Source of the DNA: the human T2T-CHM13v2.0 reference genome, Homo sapiens
Assembly: GCF_009914755.1 (NCBI RefSeq)
Contig: NC_060925.1
DNA length: 64,000 nt
Direction: 5' to 3' (one strand)
The notes beneath the pieces were generated by a model, which saw nothing but the letters and a program-made list of their open reading frames with translations, was not told the origin of the DNA and did not search any database. Positions 55,920-64,000 of this stretch are shown one piece after another (the first letter of the stretch is position 1; the number at the start of each line of letters is the position of its first letter). A program made the translations under genes and the position numbers.

Positions 55920-56640
55920 TGTAGTGTAGAGAGCACCCTTGACTTAAGTAACCCCATCTTAGAAAAAAGACTCCATTTTACATTTCTTAGGACACTTTGA
56001 CAACAAGGATAAGATATTTTGCTTAATAAATTTTAAAAAAAGGCCTGCATCCAACCATATAAGGATATAAACAAGCATACTCATCCACTATCAGTTCTCA
56101 CCAGTGGACTCTGTTGTCATAAAAATAGCAGGCCATCAGCAGCTCAAAACAGCTGTCTTAACTAACACCATCTTGCTGGCACTCATAATAAGAACTCGAC
56201 ATCTGCTGCCAAAGCCTCTGTCTGCCCCATCAAAGATTCTTTCTTGCAAGATTGATGGACTGCCTGGCCCAGACCAGAAGATTCTCTTTGTCTTCATTTA
56301 AGTTCTCCTCGAACTGGTTCTTTAACATTTTCTCCTATCTCTTCTCTTGATGTTAATGTTACTTTGTTGTCAAATGTTTAATCTATAACATTTACATATT
56401 AAGTATACTATTAGGTAGTGTTTGCAATATTTACTGACTTGTGGAGTGGCTTGAGCCTGTGTGCCTGTGGCTCTGACTACCTAGTGAACGGGAACTACTA
56501 AGGAGAATTGCCTCCTCGGGAACTCCATGTAGCTTGTGGCTTTTGTGATTGAATAGAATCAATAAAAGCCTGACATTGTGGAAAGACACATATATCCATG
56601 GGCTTCCTTGTCTCTGACCTTGCACCACACTTGAGATACA
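55920..56640 (+). mobile_element. ERV1-type solo LTR, family unassigned
   Basis: TG...CA ends, ccatcttag/ctccatttt motifs, aataaaagcctgacattgtgg. Confidence 0.55.
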
Positions 56641-57660
<1,020 letters not shown>

Positions 57661-58299
57661 TCTTTAGTATGGGGACAAGAGTCACTCCTCTTAGATTCTA
57701 ATCTGCCACACTGATGCCTAACTAAGCATGAGTCTGGGAGTGCCTCCAAGATGTCTAGTTGAAGTCGTACTCTATGTAGAAACACCTATCTACCGTAAGT
57801 CTCGCCATTCCTCCAAAACAACCCTCGATGCTACAGCATACATCATAAACTGTGATGCCCATAGCACTATTTCAGTTGCCTGCACATTCCTTCCAGGACA
57901 CATATACTTTTTCCCCAAAAATATATAAGCCCTGAGTCTAGGGGGTAACAGTGCAGAGATCTACCCGTCTTGTGGCTGCCCAAGACCATGCTTCTGTGAG
58001 TTCCCCAAAAAATCACCTCCAAGTGACAAACTGGATTTGTCTGCCTCATTCTTTGGTTTCTCAGTTCCTTCTGTGTTTGGGAGTCACTTTGCATATATGG
58101 CCTCTTCAGAAAACATAGTCTCAAAACCTCACACCAAAGACCAATGACTAGCAGAAATTCTTGAGCTTGCAGGATGGCACATAAGAAAATAAACAACTTG
58201 CTGAAACCCTGAAACTCCCCCATGTTATGATATCAAGAAAAAAAATTGAGGGAGAAAAAAACAGGGAGACACTGTCCCTACAAAAAGTAAAAATAAGTC

Positions 58300-58435
58300 T
58301 AGCGTGGTCGGGCATGCTGTGGTCCCAGCTGTTAGGGAGGCTGAGGTGGGTGGGTCGCTTGAGCCCAGGAGTTCCAGGCCACTGTGCCCCAGCCTGGGCA
58401 ACATGGAGGGAGGCTGTCTCTTAAAAAAGAAAAAA
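58300..58435 (+). mobile_element. FLAM/Alu monomer
   Basis: ggtcccagctgttagggaggctgagg...gcttgagcccaggagttc. Confidence 0.75.
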
Positions 58436-58583
58436 CTGCCTGAAACCAATTGGAACCAATATGGCCAGCCGGAATTTCCACAGAATGAGCTTGTTGACTT
58501 CATGGCCTGAATTTCGATGCATGTTTCATACTAACTCCCCCTCAGTTTGCACATGGGACCCATGAGGTGACGTGAAGAGATAA

Positions 58584-58983
<400 letters not shown>

Positions 58984-59029
58984 TGATTCCACATATTTAA
59001 GTTGCCTGGAGTTCCTTCTGAACAGACAG

Positions 59030-60010
59030 CAGCCTGCCGGGCTGGGAGAACAAGGACCTGGGGTTGTACAGTCTGTGGCGCACAGAGTCCCTGCTGGAAC
59101 CACAGGCGGTGAGTCAACGGGCACCTCCGGGCTAGGAGGTTTTCCCAGGCTCGCCTCATTGCTCCTGCACCTGCAGGGTTCGCTGGACCCTGGGCGTCCC
59201 GCTGCCCGGAACACAAGGGTAGGGAAGGGTTGTTACTGGGTTTCTTGGCTGGGGCTGCAGGGCCGGTGCTTGCCACCGGAGCGGGGGGGGCGGGCCCCGC
59301 TGTGCTCAGAAGGGACCTGAAGCCAGGGAAGCCCCAGGGTCGTCCTGGGCCCCGCCGCCCGCCCTGCCTGCCCCGCCTGCCCCTCCCATCCCGTCCTCTC
59401 CCCGCCTCCCTCCCAGCCCCGCCCCACCTGGCTCTCCCGCCCCGGTCCCGCCTCCTTCCTCCCGCCCCTGCCCTCTCGATCCAGCCTCCCGCCCCCTCCC
59501 CGCCTGTCCCTCCCGGCCCCGCCCCGCCTCCCGCCCCAACCTAGTGCCCGACAGGAAACCTCCCACCTGGCACTGCCCCCAACCAAAGTCATGAGGGCAA
59601 GGCTCCGGTTCCTGCCCTCACAGGGTCCCAGAAGCAAGGGCAGTGAGGACCTGGCCCACGTCCCTGGCACGGGCTGTCTGATTCTCCTTCGCTGTGGCGG
59701 GAAGATGGCCGGATTTGAAGGTAATACCCAAGACCCCGATTCCCGACAGGAGAGGCGAGGGGAACGGTCTCGGGAGCAGGCAGGCCCTGCCGCGGAGCCG
59801 AAGGCCTCCGATGGGAGCAGGCACGCATCTCTGAGTGGGGCCGCGGGGGTGGACACTCTGGTGCCTTCACGCAGGGGAGGGGGGCGGCAGGCTGCAGAGG
59901 AAGGCCAGGATCCACGAGCTGCGGCTCTCTAGGTGGGGCGAGGGGTCCAGGCGGGGTCTGATTAGGGCGTGGGGCCCCAGGTGGGGTCTATCTGGGGTGT
60001 GCGTCTGCAG
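59030..60010. promoter_or_regulatory. CpG island/promoter
   Basis: Dense CpG; many ccccgccc/ccgcc GC boxes at 59350-59537; ccggaa ETS-like site; tgagtca AP-1 site at ~59110; aagatggc YY1-like site at ~59702. Confidence 0.85.
59670..59720 (+). other. SNAP47: Candidate first exon, probably an upstream SNAP47 start; 5' boundary uncertain
   Basis: Lies downstream of the GC boxes and ends in AAG|gtaata, a plausible donor; gene assignment from recalled locus organisation only. Confidence 0.45.
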
Positions 60011-62137
60011 GATTCTGCCCGTGGATTTTCCTCTAGCTTCAGGACAGGGTTTGGCTCTCCCAGAGGAACAGGGTAGGAGCCCAGCTCCAGCTGTTTTCCT
60101 GTAGGTCAGAGCCTGCAGTGGGAGGGTAACTGGGGCCTGTGGAAGGGGACTTCTGGGGTCAGACCCCAGGCAGGAGTGAGAGGCCCAGGTCCCTGGAGTT
60201 CCTGCCTCCAGGGCTGCTGACTTTGGGGGTACAGACAACAGGACACTGGACATCTTGGTCCCTACCCTTGGCTTCTAGGCCAGTGGAACAAGTCACTGAC
60301 TTGGAAACCAGGGCCTGCCTTCTTTCTGCCTGGGGACCCAAGGTGCAGCTGGTAGTTGCAGTTCTGTGGGACGCTGGCACAATCACCTGCCAAAACCACC
60401 CACAGTGGTGGATGGGGGACAGGGCTGAGGTTGACACTCTGGAGCATGGATGAGCAAAGGGAAGGATGTGGCCTTGGATGTGGCTCTCAGGGATGCCCCA
60501 GACCTGGGATGTGGGCTTCAGGGTAGCTGGCCAAGGAGCTGCCCCTTCGGCTGGGTCAGCAGGCGGAAAGGCACAAGCATGAGGATGGTCTTGGTCCCTG
60601 GGGGAGGCACCTTCTCCGGAGGCCACAGCCCCCAGGATGCAGGGAGCCTGGTTTTGCCACAGCCAGCAACAACTTGACCTGGGGCTCCTGTCTCCACCTC
60701 CATGGATTCCAGCCAATCACAATTGCAAGCCCAGGGCAGGGCAGGCACGTGCTGGAGGAGCCCCTAGGCCCCATCATGTTCCCTCACTCTGTGTCCTCCC
60801 AGGCTAGAGTCTGTGCAGACAGCAGGGCCTGACTTTTCCAGCCTTCCTATGGGGGCCCACAGGTCCCACTCCCCAAGGAATCTGGGCCACTGCACGCCCT
60901 CACCCAGGCATGGTGGGGTGCACAGCCATTGTCCCCACACTTGCAAGTATATCCATCTATGTGCAGCTCCCACGTAGCCTTAGGTCTTGAGCATCTGCAT
61001 TGTTTCTCTGACCCCTTTCCTCAGGAACACTAGTTAGCTGCAGCCTGCCTGTCCTTTCTCACACTTGATAGGGATGACACGCAAAGGGCAGGGGCTAACC
61101 ACCGCACATCTGCAGCTCCTCACCTCGTACCCCAGGAGGTTGGTTCCCAGGGAGACGTGGCCTGTCAGGCCTCTTGCAGAGGTGAAATTCCCTTTGCGAA
61201 GGCCCTCACATGTGCTGACAGCATGCCTCCCCAACCCCGGACAGGATCCCAGGGCGGCATACTTGGGAAAGGGGCATCCTGCCTGACACTTCAAACTGCT
61301 GTCTAGCCACACTCTGCACAGCGGCTGCCCCACAACCCACCTGGCCCTGGTGTCAGCATTTTTTTTTTTTTTGCCAATCTGGAGTGAGGTATGCAAAAGG
61401 AGTCATGGTCATTGACTATGGAGTCATCGATGCCGGCTGCAGTTCAGCCGTTGCCCTGTGGAGGGCTCTATCTCCCCCCACAGAGCTTCTGGCATTTGCT
61501 GTTTTTGCTGCATCTGTAACAGCCCCAGCCTGAGATTCTCAATGCCTGCTTTAACCAAGAAAAAGTGACTGAGGCTAGCAGGGCTCTCGGGAGCGTCTGT
61601 GCACTGCCTCCTGACTGCGGAAGCATGAGGGTCTTCACATACAGTTCAGGAGCGCAGGACCAAGCAGCCTGGATGGTAATGGGCTGCGACCTGTGCTACC
61701 TTGTGCTGCCAGTTCGCACTGGGCCCTGGCTGCCCTGGGGTCCACAGTGCTGCCCTCATCATGACAGAAGCTGAAGGACAGGTCACCTCAGCTGCCTGCT
61801 GGCAGTGTCCGAGGCACATACCCCCACTCTTGGCCTCAGGTGTGCCTGTGTGGCAGGGTGCCAAGAGGCCCAAGCTCAGAGGTTACCGGAGGGGCTAAAT
61901 GGGTGAGCCACGCCCACACTCAGCCTGGGCCTGGTCCTGGCAAGGCTGCAGCCGTGCATGTTTGCTACCTCCCCCTCCTCCCCGACAAAGCACCTTTGCT
62001 GCCCGTGGTTTGGGCAGCGCCAGCTCCATCTGTAGGAGGCCGGATGTCTCAGGGCATTCCCGTACAGACCAGGGGTCCCCGGGAGCTAGCAGGGGGGCCC
62101 AGCATACAGGTCCCTGGAAAGCTGTTGGCTGGAGCGC

Positions 62138-62250
62138 ATTCATTCGACAGACACATATGAAGCACCTACTGTGTAAAGCTGCCTTTGCAAGCACTTCACA
62201 TGATTCACTGAACAGAGCAGACAGAAACCCCTGCCCTTCTTGGGGGCTTC
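62138..62250 (-). mobile_element. L2 3'-end fragment
   Basis: attcattcgacagacacatatgaagcacctactgtgt. Confidence 0.6.
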
Positions 62251-63253
62251 CATCCTAGACAAGTGCCAGCGGCCCCAGTTGATGCCACGGGCAGGCAATG
62301 TGCATAGCCATGGCACGTGCCGTCCCTGTGGATTCGGATGCCTCCTCCCCTGCTGGGGTGAGGCAGCCAACCAGGGGCCAACTGAAAAAATGCTGGACTC
62401 TCGGTCAAGGACAGGGCTGGGAGAGTGCCAGTCTCCACAAACTGTGGATCCACTAGAGGGTTCAGGCCTGGGGCATCCTCTGCAAGAGGATCCCACGAGA
62501 GTCCATTCCCCACCACAGGCCTCCGCTGCTCACTGCTGTGCCTTGATCGGCCTGGACGAGCCCGCCCACACCTCCATCATACCCAGTGTGAAGAGGGGCT
62601 GGGGACCCACCACTCCTGAGAACAGCATCCTTGGGAAGACCCAGCTGTGAGTGCACAGCAGGCACAGTCCCTCAGGCCCAGGTGAGGATTCAGCAGCAGA
62701 TGGGATTCCACCCCATCTGTGGCCTCTCCAGCTGTCCACAGGCCCTGCAAAGGCAGGGAGGTGGCAAAGGCCAGCCCAACCCAGCCCTCCACTCTGGGTA
62801 CCCAGAGGAAGGCGCAGGCCGCTGGTTCCACAGCCCATCACCTGGAGGTGATGGAGGCCAACCCCAGCCCTGCCTGGAGGCCCTGGTGAGCTTGCCCAGC
62901 ACTGCTCCAACCCCTCCCTGAACCCACAGGGCAGAGCCAGGGGTGGTCCAATGGCCTGAGACGAGGGGACAGGGCTGGCCTATTAAGAGGAGCCACCAGA
63001 GAAGGCACACCAGACACAGACTCCTGTCAGCTCAGGCGTCCTGGCCTAAGGAGGCAGGGCCCCCAAAAGAGCCAGGTCCTGGCACCATCTCCGAGCTCCC
63101 AGCAGGCCTGCTGCAGGTCAGAAGGGCCACATCCCATCTTGGGTCCCTGACCTCATTGGGCCTCACCTGAAAACAGGCACCCAGGCAGTGGCCATGAACA
63201 GCCAGGCCACAAGCCTCGACAGGGGTGGGCCCCAGGTCACAGGGAGGGCGGTC

Positions 63254-63259
63254 TTTATT
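63254..63259 (-). terminator. Proximal polyadenylation signal AATAAA for JMJD4
   Basis: tttatt on the plus strand, about 67 nt past the stop codon. Confidence 0.6.
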
Positions 63260-63325
63260 TCTGGAAGGGCCCCGGAGCAGGAGGCTGCCTCTCTTCCACC
63301 CGTCCTTCTATCCTCACGACAGGTG

Positions 63326-63610
63326 CTATGGGGCCGCAGCAGCATCAACAGCCTCTCTCAGCTGCTGCAGCAGCTCTTTGGGCTGTGGTGAGAACGCGCT
63401 GGTGTCCACTCTCTGGAAGTCGGGGTGCGCAACCAAGGAGGCCAGCACCTCTGTGATGCGCCCAACATCAAAGGCTGCCTGTTCGAAACCCAACCCAGCA
63501 CCGTCCTCAGCGGCTGCCTCCCTCAGGACCAGGAGCCTCTTCTCAGCGATGACCTTGAGGAAGTGGTAAAACTCTTCAAAGTTGATGCCCGAGCAGGACC
63601 TCATGATGAC
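63326..63610 (-). CDS. JMJD4: JMJD4 (JmjC 2-oxoglutarate oxygenase, eRF1 lysyl hydroxylase) last coding exon
   Basis: cccag|GTCATCATG; VIMRSCSGINFEEFYHFLKVIAEKRLL...AVDAAAAP-TAG, recognised as the JMJD4 C-terminus. Confidence 0.95.
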   Translation of the reverse strand, partial: VIMRSCSGINFEEFYHFLKVIAEKRLLVLREAAAEDGAGLGFEQAAFDVGRITEVLASLVAHPDFQRVDTSAFSPQPKELLQQLREAVDAAAAP

Positions 63611-63814
63611 CTGGGCAGAGGGAAGAGGCCAGTGAGCTAACACCATGGACACAGTCCAAGCTGCAAAGGACCCGACATGCGCCCAGTCCCCAAGGACGAA
63701 GAAGGGACCATTAAGACAGAGGCACTGAGAAGCTGCGCGGTGACCAAGGGAGTCTGAGCCATGCAGCCTAAAAGCCTCCCCCAGGAGGGTAGCCTCCATG
63801 CGTAGCCACCCCAC

Positions 63815-63961
63815 CTGGCAGTGGTGGTGCCAGTCGGGCATGGAGTCCCTCCACTCGCTGACCTCCTCCTGCACGGCGCATAGCTCCTGCTGCAAGAAGC
63901 GCCACATGTTGGCCAGGTTGAAGCCATTGACCCAGTTGTGGTTGATGGAGATGGTGTCATC
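63815..63961 (-). CDS. JMJD4: JMJD4 penultimate exon, 147 bp
   Basis: ttccag|GATGAC...TGCCAG|gtgggg; DDTISINHNWVNGFNL is the end of the JmjC domain. Confidence 0.95.
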
Positions 63962-64000
63962 CTGGAAGGGGCACAGTGCAGGCAGGCCTGAGCCCATGGC

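Noticed and set aside
59075-63170. Numerous 60-207 aa ORFs on both strands
   Set aside because: Expected in GC-rich sequence; low-complexity peptides with no recognisable domains.
63326-63997. 223-aa ORF as a single-exon CDS
   Set aside because: It is two JMJD4 exons plus an in-frame intron and intronic lead-in; GT-AG sites are clear.

Overview
Hominid (most likely human) genomic DNA made up mostly of transposable-element sequence. The right end has the last two coding exons of JMJD4 on the minus strand. A CpG-rich promoter at ~59.0-60.0 kb carries a candidate plus-strand first exon, which from recollection of the 1q42 locus is an upstream SNAP47 start. A minus-strand KRAB zinc-finger unprocessed pseudogene (ZNF717-like, probably ZNF847P) spans ~27.6-37.6 kb. 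It has an intact KRAB-A exon, a frameshifted KRAB-B exon and a decayed C2H2 array, with an L1PA in its last intron. The rest is layered retroelements: a complete Harlequin/HERV-E mosaic provirus (LTR2, tRNA-Glu PBS, 4-bp TSD), an LTR-less HERV-I-like pol-env fragment, a second truncated Harlequin fused to an L1, a HERVIP10/LTR10F 5' end, a MER11 solo LTR nested in an LTR10, an SVA, and many Alus and L1/L2 remnants. The most unusual signal is the SVA, which has two nested pairs of target-site duplications and two poly(A) tails, suggesting mobilisation together with both flanks of a source locus. I see no evidence of a wholly new protein-coding system. Repeat subfamily names come from recalled consensus sequences, and boundaries without a TSD are approximate.
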